Assembly: GCA_033763455.1 (NCBI GenBank)
Contig: JANRKO010000060.1
Span: 64,001 to 128,000 of the forward strand
Direction: 5' to 3'
From: Polyangiaceae bacterium
GTDB lineage: Bacteria > Myxococcota_A > Polyangia > Polyangiales > Polyangiaceae
Length of the DNA: 64,000 nt
Position numbers and translations under genes: made by a program. Below the pieces are notes generated by a model. The model was given only the letters and a program-made list of their open reading frames with translations. It searched no databases and was not told where the DNA came from. Shown here piece by piece: positions 19,234-29,500 of this stretch (position 1 is the first letter of the stretch; every line of letters begins with the position of its first letter).

Positions 19234-20058
19234 TCAGGCGGCTTCGGTGATGATGGCCTTGAGCATCACCATCGCACGCGAGTGCAATTGGGAGATGCGA
19301 GGCTCGCTCACGCCGAGCTCGTCGCCGAGTTCTTTGAACTTTACGCCGCGAAAGTAGTGGGCTGAGACGATGTGGCGTTCCCGCTCGGGGAGTTGATCCA
19401 CGGCGCGTGCGAGGTTCTCGCGTGCGAACTTTGCTTCAACAGCACTCTCGCTGTCCGGGACAGCTGCGCTCAAGAGCGAGCGGCTCTGCTCTGCGGGGCT
19501 CACGTCGTCAAAGCGAACAACGGAAGGAGTAGCTCGGTTGCCATCACCGCCCTTGTTGGCTAGTGCACGGACGCGGCGCGGTAACCAATCTTGCGCGCGC
19601 AATTCGTCTAGAATGGCGCCTCGGATGCGCACACGCACATACCATTCAAAGCTATCGGCCGGCTTGCCCTCGTGGCGGCGGATGGCATCCCAAAGGCCGC
19701 TCATGCCAGCTGCCAGGAGATCTTCGCGAAGCACGTTGCTGGGGAGTTTGCGCTGAAAGCCGCCCACGATTTGGCGAACGAGGGGGGTGTAGAGGGTCAG
19801 TAAATCGTCGGTGCGCTGTAGATCACTTCGCTTGGTTCGCGCTCGGTGAACGACTGTCGCGGGGGACACTGCCGCGGGTCGCTTGGGACGAATTTTGTCA
19901 GCAACCACTTTGGCCTGCGCTTTGGCTCGGCGCGCTGGTTTCGGCGGAATCGAGGCACGGGGGATGATGGAAATCCGTGAAGGTGCCGTATGTTCCGTAG
20001 AACGCCGGTTACTGGCTGGGGTCTTTCGGGCTGTCTGTTTCGAGTGTCGCAAACTCAT
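19234..20058 (-). CDS. FliA/WhiG-family (sigma28-like) RNA polymerase sigma factor with basic N-terminal extension
   Basis: EDLLAAGMSGLWDAI, RIRGAILDELRAQDWLPR, and region 4 LPERERHIV...KELGDELGVSEPRISQLH. GGAGG RBS upstream. Confidence 0.9.
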   Translation of the reverse strand: MSLRHSKQTARKTPASNRRSTEHTAPSRISIIPRASIPPKPARRAKAQAKVVADKIRPKRPAAVSPATVVHRARTKRSDLQRTDDLLTLYTPLVRQIVGGFQRKLPSNVLREDLLAAGMSGLWDAIRRHEGKPADSFEWYVRVRIRGAILDELRAQDWLPRRVRALANKGGDGNRATPSVVRFDDVSPAEQSRSLLSAAVPDSESAVEAKFARENLARAVDQLPERERHIVSAHYFRGVKFKELGDELGVSEPRISQLHSRAMVMLKAIITEAA

Positions 20059-20085
20059 GGGGTGATCCTCCGGACCCTCGGCAAA

Positions 20086-20100
20086 GCAGCGACCGTGCCA
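20086..20100 (-). promoter_or_regulatory. Probable sigma54 -24/-12 promoter of the sigma28-like gene
   Basis: The minus strand reads TGGCACG-GTCG-CTGC(T), with correct GG-N10-GC spacing, 27 nt upstream of the ATG. Confidence 0.6.
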
Positions 20101-20434
20101 GGTCGTCCAAATTCGAGAATTTGCCTGTTTCTTTGCGAGACGCCGCCGCCTTGTGGGTCGCCAGTGACCTTGGACGCCTCCGGGGAATATTCCAGTGAAG
20201 ACACAACAGTTCTGGGAATTTTGTTTAATTTCAGTGAGTTACACGGGAGCCTTCTGCCGGCGGCCCAGCTGGGGTAAAACCGACCCGCTTGCGGCGAATG
20301 GTGACAATTCCTGCTAAACCCAGGCAATTTGCGGCCGGGTCAGGAGCAACCCGGGCGCGAGCCAGCCGGTTTGTTGCCGGTTTATCCCGGATGATGCGAG
20401 AGTTCCGAGTGCTCGCATTCCTGGTGGCCACAAC

Positions 20435-21514
20435 ATGAGAGAAGGAAAGAACCTCGTCGGTGTCGATATAGGCTCGACGGGCATCAAAGTGTGCCAGCTG
20501 GAGGATACCCGCCGGGGTGTCCGGCTTGTTCGATTTGGGTATGCCCCCTTGGCGCCCCAAGTGGTGGTGGATGGTCAGGTGATGGACGCCGGCGCCGTAA
20601 CGGCAACGCTGGAACAAGTCTTTTCGCAGTACAAGATCCGGGAGCGTTCCTGTGCCCTCAGTGTATCGGGCCAGAGCGTGATCATTCGCAAGATCACCGT
20701 TCCGATGATGACCGATGCGGAACTGGCCGAGCAGATCACGTGGGAGGCTGAGCAACATATCCCCTTTGACATCAAAGATGTCGAGGTGGACTACCAGGTG
20801 CTTAGAAGGCGCCCGGAGGCGAGCCAGATGGATCTGTTGCTGGTTGCCGCGAAGCGCGATCAGATTAACGACTATGCTCAGCTGGCACGCAATGCCAAGT
20901 TGAAGCCGGTGATCTGCGATATCGACGCCTTTACGGTGCAGAATCTCTTCGAGCGTGCACGTGGTTTGCCGGCAGGTCAGATTATCGCGATCATCAACGT
21001 TGGAGCGAGCCTTTCGTCGCTCAACGTGGTTGCCAATGGGGTGAGCGCCTTTACACGCGAAATCGCTAATGGCGGCAACCTGATCACCGAAGAGATCCAA
21101 AAGGCACTGGGGATGCCCCAAGAGCAGGCCGAGGCTCTGAAATGCGCCAGTACGCTCCAGATATCTCCAGATTCGAGCCGCTCGGGCGCCCAGCCGCACA
21201 ACCTGATGCGCATCATCGAGGCGGCAACGGACGCAATTGCCGCCGAGATCCAGCGTAGCCTCGACTTCTACCTCGCCACCAGCGGCGAGACAGAGATTGC
21301 GCGTATGTACTTAACAGGCGGCAGCGCCAATCTCCCGAGCCTGGCCCAGGCCATTGAGCGGCGGGCTCGCGTTCCGGTGGAAGTGTGGTCGCCTCTTGAA
21401 GGCCTCACGGTGGATCCGAAACATGTGGATACCACGTTGCTAGAGGCGCGTTCGGCACAATTGGCGGTCGCTCTCGGCCTTGCGCTGCGTAAGCAAAAAG
21501 AGGTGCGGGCGTGA
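20435..21514 (+). CDS. pilM: Type IV pilus assembly protein PilM
   Basis: VGVDIGSTGIKV (actin-like), EAEQHIPFD, EIQRSLDFY, YLTGGSA, AVALGLALR. Confidence 0.96.
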   Translation: MREGKNLVGVDIGSTGIKVCQLEDTRRGVRLVRFGYAPLAPQVVVDGQVMDAGAVTATLEQVFSQYKIRERSCALSVSGQSVIIRKITVPMMTDAELAEQITWEAEQHIPFDIKDVEVDYQVLRRRPEASQMDLLLVAAKRDQINDYAQLARNAKLKPVICDIDAFTVQNLFERARGLPAGQIIAIINVGASLSSLNVVANGVSAFTREIANGGNLITEEIQKALGMPQEQAEALKCASTLQISPDSSRSGAQPHNLMRIIEAATDAIAAEIQRSLDFYLATSGETEIARMYLTGGSANLPSLAQAIERRARVPVEVWSPLEGLTVDPKHVDTTLLEARSAQLAVALGLALRKQKEVRA

Positions 21515-22158
21515 TCAAGATCAACCTTCTGCCCGATAAGACGCGCACCAAAGGCAAAAAAACGAGCGAAGCGAGCCAGGTTTGGCTCGTGGTTATCCTG
21601 GTAGTGTGTCTTGCCGAGGTAGCGGGTCTATTTGTCTTCCATGGGTTCAAGGAGAGCGAGCTCGCCGAACAGACCCAGAAGAACGCTATCATTCAGAAGC
21701 AGATCGACCAGGCCAAGACCGCCGTGGCTGACCACGCCAAGGTCAAAGAAAAGCTCGCACAACTGCGCGCGCGTGAGGATGCGATAGCCGAGCTCCAGAG
21801 CGCCCGCACGGGCCCCACCGCCATGTTATTGGAACTTGCTCGCATTTTAACCCCTGGGCGAGGGCCGAGCGTTAATCCGGATCAGCTCAACAAGCTCCGA
21901 AGGGACAATCCTCTCGCTATCTACAACCCAGCTTGGGATGCCCGGCGGCTTTGGATATCTGACCTCAAAGAGGAATCTCGCAAGTTGAGCCTGCGCGGGA
22001 TTGCTCGAGACGGTGAGGATGTAAGTGAGCTCGCGCGGCGGTTGAATCTCTCGAGCTACTTCACAGATGTTAAGTTGCTCCCAGCCAAGCAGGTAACGGT
22101 GGTTAAAAGCGGGCCACAGTTGATCGAGTTCAACCTTGAAGCGATGGCGAGGTACTAA
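21511..22158 (+). CDS. pilN: Type IV pilus assembly protein PilN
   Basis: N-terminal MIKINLLP, then TM and coiled coil. Follows pilM with a 4-nt overlap. Confidence 0.94.
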   Translation: MIKINLLPDKTRTKGKKTSEASQVWLVVILVVCLAEVAGLFVFHGFKESELAEQTQKNAIIQKQIDQAKTAVADHAKVKEKLAQLRAREDAIAELQSARTGPTAMLLELARILTPGRGPSVNPDQLNKLRRDNPLAIYNPAWDARRLWISDLKEESRKLSLRGIARDGEDVSELARRLNLSSYFTDVKLLPAKQVTVVKSGPQLIEFNLEAMARY

Positions 22159-22772
22159 TGGCCGACTCCGCCCTTTCTAAATTGGCCCTCCCCGCTAAAA
22201 TTGGCATTGGCGTTGGCATGGGGGCCCTCTTGGCGTTCGCCTACTTTGTCGTTTTCTACGGAGATGTAGCCAGCAAGATCGAGGCTGCCACAAGCTCTGA
22301 GGAGCGCCTGAAGGTCGAACTGCAACAATGGAATAAGTCCAAATCCGACTACAACAAGGACCTAGCAGAGCTTACCGATCGCGAGCAACGTCAAACAGAA
22401 CTCAACAAGATCCTCCCGGCCACAACCGAGTATCCCGCGTTTCTGAGTTCTGTGCAGAGCGTCGCCAATACCACCGGTGTTGTGTTGAATGCGTGGACGC
22501 CCGAGGACGAGGTGAAAAAAGAGTTTTACGCTCGTATCCCGATGAAGCTGGAACTTCAGGGGCGCTACCATCAGATTGCGCGATTCTTCTACGGCGTGGG
22601 CCAGCTCGATCGCATCATCAACATGGAGAACATCGCGCTCACTCAACCCCAGGCAAAGGGTGATGAAGTGACCGTGAGCGTCAAGGTGCTGGCAACGGCG
22701 TTTCGCGCGCTCAGCGGAGAGCCGGATGCGAAAGCGGACAAGCGCGGCAACGCTTTAGGGGGTAAGCCGTGA
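22158..22772 (+). CDS. pilO: Type IV pilus assembly protein PilO
   Basis: TM, coiled coil, FYARIPM...GRYHQIARFFYGVGQLDRIIN; operon position. Confidence 0.94.
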   Translation: MADSALSKLALPAKIGIGVGMGALLAFAYFVVFYGDVASKIEAATSSEERLKVELQQWNKSKSDYNKDLAELTDREQRQTELNKILPATTEYPAFLSSVQSVANTTGVVLNAWTPEDEVKKEFYARIPMKLELQGRYHQIARFFYGVGQLDRIINMENIALTQPQAKGDEVTVSVKVLATAFRALSGEPDAKADKRGNALGGKP

Positions 22773-23350
22773 AGCGAGTATTCGGAGCACTGCTCTTGGG
22801 AGGTGCCTGCACACTGGTCTCAGCTTGTGAAGAACCCGTTGTGACAAGCAGTAGCACGACTGCGACGCGTGCGCCGAGTGCTGCGGCTGCCAGCAGCGCC
22901 CCCGTGGAGCAGGGGCCGCCTCGGGTAGAGTTTCAGGAATCCGAGTTTGCGGAGACTGACCGCAGCCGGGACCCATTTCGTAGTTATGAAGATCTCATCG
23001 TTGCCGAGGTCCGGGGTAACCTGCGCTCGCAGCGCAACGTTGTTTTGGATGAGTTCTCGATTGACGAACTCCGCCTGATTGGCATTGTCACCGGGATCGA
23101 ACCGGCCAAGGCCATGCTGGTAGATCCGAAGGGCAAAGGGCACGTGGTTGAGCGGGGTCAGTTTATTGGTCGCTCAGAGCTCGTGCAGGGGACGGGGGTG
23201 GGTGCGCCGAACTTCGAAATCAATTGGCGCATCGACCGCATTCGCGAAGGTGACATCGTTTTGGTCCGCGAAGACCCAAACAATCCCGACGTGCCAAGCG
23301 CCACACGTGTAATTGCCCTCCGACCTGAAGGTGACGCCACCCTCCAGTAA
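22769..23350 (+). CDS. pilP: Type IV pilus lipoprotein PilP
   Basis: Lipobox VSAC, RDPF motif, ELRLIGIV, AMLVDPKGKG. Confidence 0.92.
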   Translation: MKRVFGALLLGGACTLVSACEEPVVTSSSTTATRAPSAAAASSAPVEQGPPRVEFQESEFAETDRSRDPFRSYEDLIVAEVRGNLRSQRNVVLDEFSIDELRLIGIVTGIEPAKAMLVDPKGKGHVVERGQFIGRSELVQGTGVGAPNFEINWRIDRIREGDIVLVREDPNNPDVPSATRVIALRPEGDATLQ

Positions 23351-23556
23351 GGCTTGGGCCGGAAGGCCTGCCACGGGCCGGGAGCCCGCCGTGGCCAAGA
23401 AAGGCTGGTTGGTGTGTTTACATCGAGTCCAAAGCCCTGCCACAATCGAAGAAACGTGCCCGTAAGGAATCTCTTAGACTCGGTTTGCCAGGGCTCTGCT
23501 GCCACAGGTAGCGGTCCTTTTTGCGATCAACCCCGTAATGCTCGTGGAGCGCAGCC

Positions 23557-25854
23557 ATGAAGTGGAGAAAAAACTATTTTCCCACCGTGTTAGCCATTTC
23601 CGCGGCGTTCTCGTTGAGCGTAGTCGCGAGCGGGGCGAGTGCCGAGGGCGCTGTTAAGCGTCACGCCACGGAAGTCACTGTCCAGGAGGATGAAGCCCTG
23701 GGCGTTACAGAAGTGAGAGTTCGCTTCGACGCGCCGCCCACGTATTCTGCGCGTGTCGATCGCGGTGGGCTTCGAGTGGTTCTGGACGTGCCTGGCGCAG
23801 CGGTTCTGGGCGCCAAACCGGCCATCGTCGATCGCACCGGGCTTGTGTCTGGTGTTCTCACGCAGTCCTTCGGGGCCGGTGAGTCGGCTACCGCTCGAGT
23901 GCTAGTGACGTTAGCGCAGCCAGCGTCGCGGTTGGTGCGTGTCGAAGGTAACGATCTGGTGATGTGGTTGGCCGTTTCGCCCGAAAAGCTCGAGGTAAAG
24001 CGCGCTCCACGTGCGCCTCTTGCCCAAGCCCCTGAGGCCACCCGCGTCTTGGGTGTGAAGTTTAGCCACTTAGCCGATCAAGATCAGGTGCGCATTCAGC
24101 TATCAGGGGTGCCAAGTTATAGCTTAGAAAATGGCCAGGCTGGGCGTTCACGTTTGGTCCTGCACAACACCAGCTTGCCCGCTGAACTCCAGCAAACGCT
24201 TGATGCCTCTGCCTTCGGTGGCCAGCTAAAGGCTGTTTCCACGTATGAAGCGGCGGCTCCAGAAAAGGGCGTTACTCTGGAAGCGGAGCGTCAGGTTTCG
24301 GCTACCAGTCAGGTACGTCTTGTCGGGTCCGCGCTGGTGTGGTCGTTCTTTCGCCCAGGAGATGTGAGCTCCGCCGTTACCGGAATCGCTGCCGATGGTA
24401 AAGAAGCGCGCCGTATTCGAACGTTGCACGTGGATGCGCCGGCTTCGGATTTGATGCAGATACACTCCACCTTTAGCGGCATTGAAGGTGAATCTAGCTC
24501 ACCCGAGCAGGCCGGAAGCCTTACACCTACCGTTTTGGGGCAGGCCGATGGTGGCGCGGGGCGTCGCATCGACTTGGATTTGAAGGATGCCGATATTCAT
24601 AACGTCTTGCGGTTGCTCGCAGACGTTGGTCGCGTGAACATTGTTACGGCGGATAACGTTACCGGTTCGGTAACAATCCGGATGCGCAACGTACCGTGGA
24701 AGCAAGCGCTCGATGTCGTGCTCCAGGCGAAAGCCCTGGGCATGGTGGAGCGTGGCAACATGGTGCGAGTAGCTCCGCTCGCGGATCTTGAAAAGGAGCG
24801 CGAGATGGAGGTGGCGCGGCGTTCGCAGGAAGTGCGGCTTGCTCCACTCGAAACCCGCCTTATTCCAGTGAGTTACGCCACAGCTGATGACGTGCAGCAA
24901 AGAGTTTCGCCCCTCCTATCAGAGCGGGGAAGCGTTGCGGTAGATGGCCGAACGAACATCCTCATTGTTCGGGATCTTTCGGGCAATCTAGATCAAATTG
25001 AGCAACTTACGCGCGAGCTCGACACTCAGACACCTCAGGTGTTGGTGGAAGCGCGCATCGTGGAGGCAACCAGCCGCTACATCAAAGATGTGGGCATTCA
25101 GTGGGGTGGAGATCTCACCTTTTCTCCGGCCACAGCAAACCCAACCGGTTTGGTATTTCCCAACTCCGTTGGAATCGCAGGCGGTGCAAGCGACGGCAAT
25201 ACGCCTACAGCGGGCCTGAGCCCCTTCCAGTCTTCAGTTACCAACCCCAACTTTGCCGTTAACCTTCCGGCGGCCGTTGGTACCGGGAGCGGTGGCGCGC
25301 TCGGTCTTACCTTTGGGTCCATCGACAACACTATCAATCTTGGCTTGCGGCTTTCGGCGGCGGAGTCGAGCGGCATGCTGCGGATCCTTTCAAGCCCGCG
25401 AATATTGACTCTCGACAACAACGAGGCTCGCATTTCTCAAGGCACACTGATTCCCTTCTCGCAGGTGAGCGCCCAGGGCGTCCAAACCACCTTTCAAGAA
25501 GCGAAGCTCCAGCTGCTGGTGACCCCACACGTCACCGCTGATGGCAGCGTCAGTATGAAGGTGAAGATCAATCGCGACGAGCCAGACTTCAACCAAACCT
25601 CAGCTCGCGGTGATCCGACGGTGCTCAAGCGAGAGGCGGAGACTGAGCTGTTGGTTCCCGACGGTCACACCGCAGTGATTGGCGGTATCTACACGCGCAA
25701 TTCTGGTCGGAGCGCCGACCAGGTACCTTTCTTTGGAGACATCCCGCTGGTCGGCCTGTTGTTTCAACGCCGCCGCGCGAGCGACCAAAGGCAAGAACTG
25801 GTCATCTTCTTGACTCCACGGATTGTGAACCGCGCCCAAGCGCTCGGTCGGTAG
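23557..25854 (+). CDS. pilQ: Type IV pilus secretin PilQ
   Basis: Signal peptide, AMIN-like N-terminal region, RIDLDLKDADIHNVLRLL, QVLVEARIVEA, VPFFGDIPLVGLLF, ELVIFLTPRI. Confidence 0.96.
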   Translation: MKWRKNYFPTVLAISAAFSLSVVASGASAEGAVKRHATEVTVQEDEALGVTEVRVRFDAPPTYSARVDRGGLRVVLDVPGAAVLGAKPAIVDRTGLVSGVLTQSFGAGESATARVLVTLAQPASRLVRVEGNDLVMWLAVSPEKLEVKRAPRAPLAQAPEATRVLGVKFSHLADQDQVRIQLSGVPSYSLENGQAGRSRLVLHNTSLPAELQQTLDASAFGGQLKAVSTYEAAAPEKGVTLEAERQVSATSQVRLVGSALVWSFFRPGDVSSAVTGIAADGKEARRIRTLHVDAPASDLMQIHSTFSGIEGESSSPEQAGSLTPTVLGQADGGAGRRIDLDLKDADIHNVLRLLADVGRVNIVTADNVTGSVTIRMRNVPWKQALDVVLQAKALGMVERGNMVRVAPLADLEKEREMEVARRSQEVRLAPLETRLIPVSYATADDVQQRVSPLLSERGSVAVDGRTNILIVRDLSGNLDQIEQLTRELDTQTPQVLVEARIVEATSRYIKDVGIQWGGDLTFSPATANPTGLVFPNSVGIAGGASDGNTPTAGLSPFQSSVTNPNFAVNLPAAVGTGSGGALGLTFGSIDNTINLGLRLSAAESSGMLRILSSPRILTLDNNEARISQGTLIPFSQVSAQGVQTTFQEAKLQLLVTPHVTADGSVSMKVKINRDEPDFNQTSARGDPTVLKREAETELLVPDGHTAVIGGIYTRNSGRSADQVPFFGDIPLVGLLFQRRRASDQRQELVIFLTPRIVNRAQALGR

Positions 25855-26009
25855 TCGGCTTCTCGCCCTAAGTGGCGAGGGCCCAGGGCCATAACGCATG
25901 GCCCGGCGCGCAAAAACGTGGCTTCTATTTCAATCCTCTTGCACCGCTATCGCAGCGGCGGGTATAGCCCGATGTCAGATTTACTTGCCCTGCGCAACGG
26001 AGGTCCTGA

Positions 26010-26264
26010 GTGAAGGAACTTGCAGAATATCTTCTCAGCAACTTGTACGTAGACTTCCAGGGCGACATCTCCGTTGAAACGATCCGGGAGTTTCTACGCG
26101 GGGACGACAGTCGCGAGGCTCGGGCGCTTCTGGCTAAAATCATTGAGGAAAAAGGGATTGATGACCTTTTGATCACCCTGGCAGATTGCCTCCGGGAGCA
26201 CCTTCGGAGCGGTATCAGCCCGGAGACCGTGCGGGATCAGCTGAACGTCTACACCGATAGCTGA
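26010..26264 (+). CDS. Small hypothetical protein (84 aa, acidic, helical)
   Basis: GTG start preceded by GGAGG; protein-like composition. Confidence 0.75.
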   Translation: MKELAEYLLSNLYVDFQGDISVETIREFLRGDDSREARALLAKIIEEKGIDDLLITLADCLREHLRSGISPETVRDQLNVYTDS

Positions 26265-26516
26265 GCAGCTTCGGCAGCCTGCCGGCAAGGTTTATCCGTC
26301 TCCACCGGAATTTGTTGTACTTTTCGGGGCTTCGGCGACCCACATTGGTCACGCGTGGGGCACTGTGATCGTGTGGCTCTCAGGACGTTGGCAGCCCGAA
26401 GCAGCTAAGCACCACAGATTCGTGGTTGAGTGCAGCTGGGCGGCCAGCTGCCAACATTGTTGACGAATCTCTCCGGATTCTCGGGTAGCATAGGTTGTGC
26501 TGTTTCGGAGGGATGA

Positions 26517-29500
26517 ATGTCAACTTTGTTGACGGTAGCGGGCCGGACGCTCCGGGTCCTCGAGCACGTAGGGCAGGGCGCCACCAGCATTGTGTTTCGC
26601 GCGGCCGATGTTGCCACGGGTGCAGCGCTGGTGCTGAAGGTCGCTCGGAACGCGCGAGATACTGGAGCGTTCCTCAACGAAGCTGAGCGTCACGCCCGTG
26701 TCCGCTGTCCTGAACTCGTGCCGCTCGTGGGAGTGGGGCGGATTGAAGGAGTGTCTGCCGAAGGGCCGACGACCGTGTCGGTACTGCCTGGGGGGCCAGC
26801 GCTGTTGTTTCCCTGGATCGAAGGTGAAGACCTCACGCTCAGCTTCCGACCTGAGTCGAAGTATTCGTCCGTGTTAGGTCCCGAAGGGGCCCTCTTGGTG
26901 GCGTGGGAGCTTGGGCGGGCGCTCGACGAGTTGCACGAGATGGGGCAATCGCACGGGGATCTCAAGCCGAGCAATGTGATGTTAACCGGGAACGCCTTCG
27001 TACCGGATACGCTCTCTGTGCAGCTCATCGACCTTGGCCTAGGTGTTGATGCGACGGAACGTGTGCCGCGCGGTGGAACTCCGCGATACCTGGATCCAGA
27101 TCTGCTGAGTGGTAGACACTCGGGTGAGGCGCGCGCGCGCGATCTTTTTGCATTGGGGCTGTTGTTGGCGGAGATATCGGAACCAGCGCTTGCTGCTAGC
27201 CAGGATCTGCAGCAATCCCTGCGCCTAACTTCGCTAGACTCTCGGGTGCAGACGCTGGTGGGCCCCCTCGTCCGCAGCAGTCCAAGCGCGCGGCCGTCGG
27301 CTCGCTGGGTGTGGCAGCGCGCGGGGCAGATGTTGGGGCGGGCACAATCGGTTGAGTCGATTCGCGCTTGGCGCCGCCGTCGGGCTCGCGCCGCGTATTT
27401 GAAGGCTCGCGCGAGTGATCTCTCGGTGGTCTGGGGCACCCGCCCGGAGCTTCAAGTCTCAACTTTGGAAACGGAATGGCTGGCTGATTTCCTGAGCATC
27501 AGTGCACAGGTTGGCTCGTTTTCAGAAACCCCTAGAGGCGCGCAACTGAAGCTCCATGAGTTGAACGGTACTGGGCTAACGGCATTTTTGGTGCACTTGA
27601 TCGGACCTGTCGCAAGCGATTGGCCGGTTGGGCTCTTAGGGCCGGTACCGGCGGCACTAGAACGGGTGAGAGCTTTGCTGGATGAGTACGAGCCCGCTCA
27701 GCTCACGTTCGCGATGCTCCAGCCGAACCGCGTTCTGTCTAGCGTGACGCCGCCTGCTTCCTTTCCTACGGCAGAGGGGCTGGGCAAGGCTGAGGAGCGG
27801 TTGGTGTCCATGACGCTGGAGCTATCTGATCCCGGTAAAGCGTGGGCAGCGCTCACCTTGGCTGAACTTACGATCGCGGCAGGCCAGGCCCCACCGGCGC
27901 TCGTGGCGCTCACCGCGACGAGGTTGCGCCAAGTAGGTCAGTTGGGTCGAGCGTTGGTTCTCACCGAGGAGTCGAGGGTCATACGCGATCAGGTGTTTGC
28001 TGCGGAAACCTACCGCCGAGCGCGAGATCCGAAAAAAGCGGAGGCAATAGCTGATAGGATTCGAGGTTCAGGGGTGGCCCTCTCTGTCGATGAATTAGCC
28101 CAGTTGAGCGCCACGAGCGCGCGTATTTTGCTGGATCGCGGGGAGCTTGAAGCGGCATTTTTGTTGATAGATTCGGCCCCGCCGCTGTCGGTGGTGTGGG
28201 AAACCCGAGCGCAAATTGAGGTGGCGCGTGGGCACGTCTCGGAGGCTCTCGCCTGTGCCGAACGGGCTAAAGCATCTGCGCGCAGCGATGAAGAGCTCGC
28301 ACGTGCTGAGGCGGTGCTCGGGTTTGCCGCTCACCAGGCTGGCAACTCAGATCTTGAACTTCTGGCGTATCAACGAGCGTCCGAGTACGCAGCTCGTGCT
28401 GGCGCTGTGATCGAAGAGGCGCACTACTTGACGGGTGTGGCTGCCGCGAGCGTTCAGGTGGGTGCGTACGAGCACGCACAGAAGAGTGCCAGGCGTGCGC
28501 GCTTGTTGTTTGATTGGAGTGAACGGGGAGCGCAAGCTGCACGAGCCGCTCAGGCTGAGGCGGCGGTGTTCGCAGCGCTTGGGGCACGTGAAGAGGCGGA
28601 AGATTGCGCACGCGAAGCTGAACAGCGTGCCAAGCTCGCGGGGGATGTGCTGTGTCGCGCCTACGTGCACTTGACTCTAAGTGATGTACACGCTTCGGGC
28701 CGGCGTGGTCGCGAGCACGCTGAGCGTGCCCAGCAGCTTTTCGGTGAAAAATCGAGTCCGGCTGATAGCGTGCGAGTTGCAGCACGTTTACTACGCCACG
28801 GGGCCCCCGTGGCTATCAGCAGTGTAGATTCGCTGGCGTTGAATTGTGGAGCTGTAGATGCTTTGTTTGAATGGTGGGGTGCCCGCGCACAGGATTGCGC
28901 GAAGCGGCGTGACGTGCCGGTGGGAGCCTTGGTTGTTACCGAGCTGCTTGGCTTGTCGGCCAAGCGCGCACCGGCAGCTGTGCGCGGACCGTCGCTTGTC
29001 GCGGGCGCGCATCTCGCTTCTGAACTCGGAGATGGGGATGCCGCACGGCGACTGTTTGCCGGAGCGAACGAGGCGGCGCGGCAAGTGCTTGCGGCTGCGC
29101 CTGAATCCCTTCGAGCACGCATAGAGGCGCTTGACTGGATCCAACGGTGCCAAACCGTTGGCGAGCGGGCGCTTTTGCCTGAGCAACTTTCGGATGTGGA
29201 GGGCCTTATCCGGGCGCTCGGAGGTCGCGAGAACCGGCGCCTCTTGTTCGAGCGAATTCTAGACATGTTAGTGTTGTGGACAGGCGTAGAGCGGGCGCTC
29301 TTGCTCTTACCAGCGCCCAACGGAAAGCTCATGGTTCGCGCGGCGCGAAACCTGGCCCGCCACGATTTGGAGGGGGCACAGCTCGAATTGAGCCGTTCTT
29401 TGGCGCAGAGGGCGCTCGACGAAGGGGCACCGGTGGTGGCGGTGGATGCTCAGTTCGATTTGCCAGAAGTGCATGCGAGCGTTCACGCGCTCAAGTTGAG

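Noticed and set aside
26341..26420. Glycine riboswitch (CTCTCAGG) or SRP RNA call
   Set aside because: The upstream GGAGA/CCGAAG elements of the glycine aptamer and the GNRA tetraloop of SRP helix 8 are missing. Kept only as an unassigned structured region.
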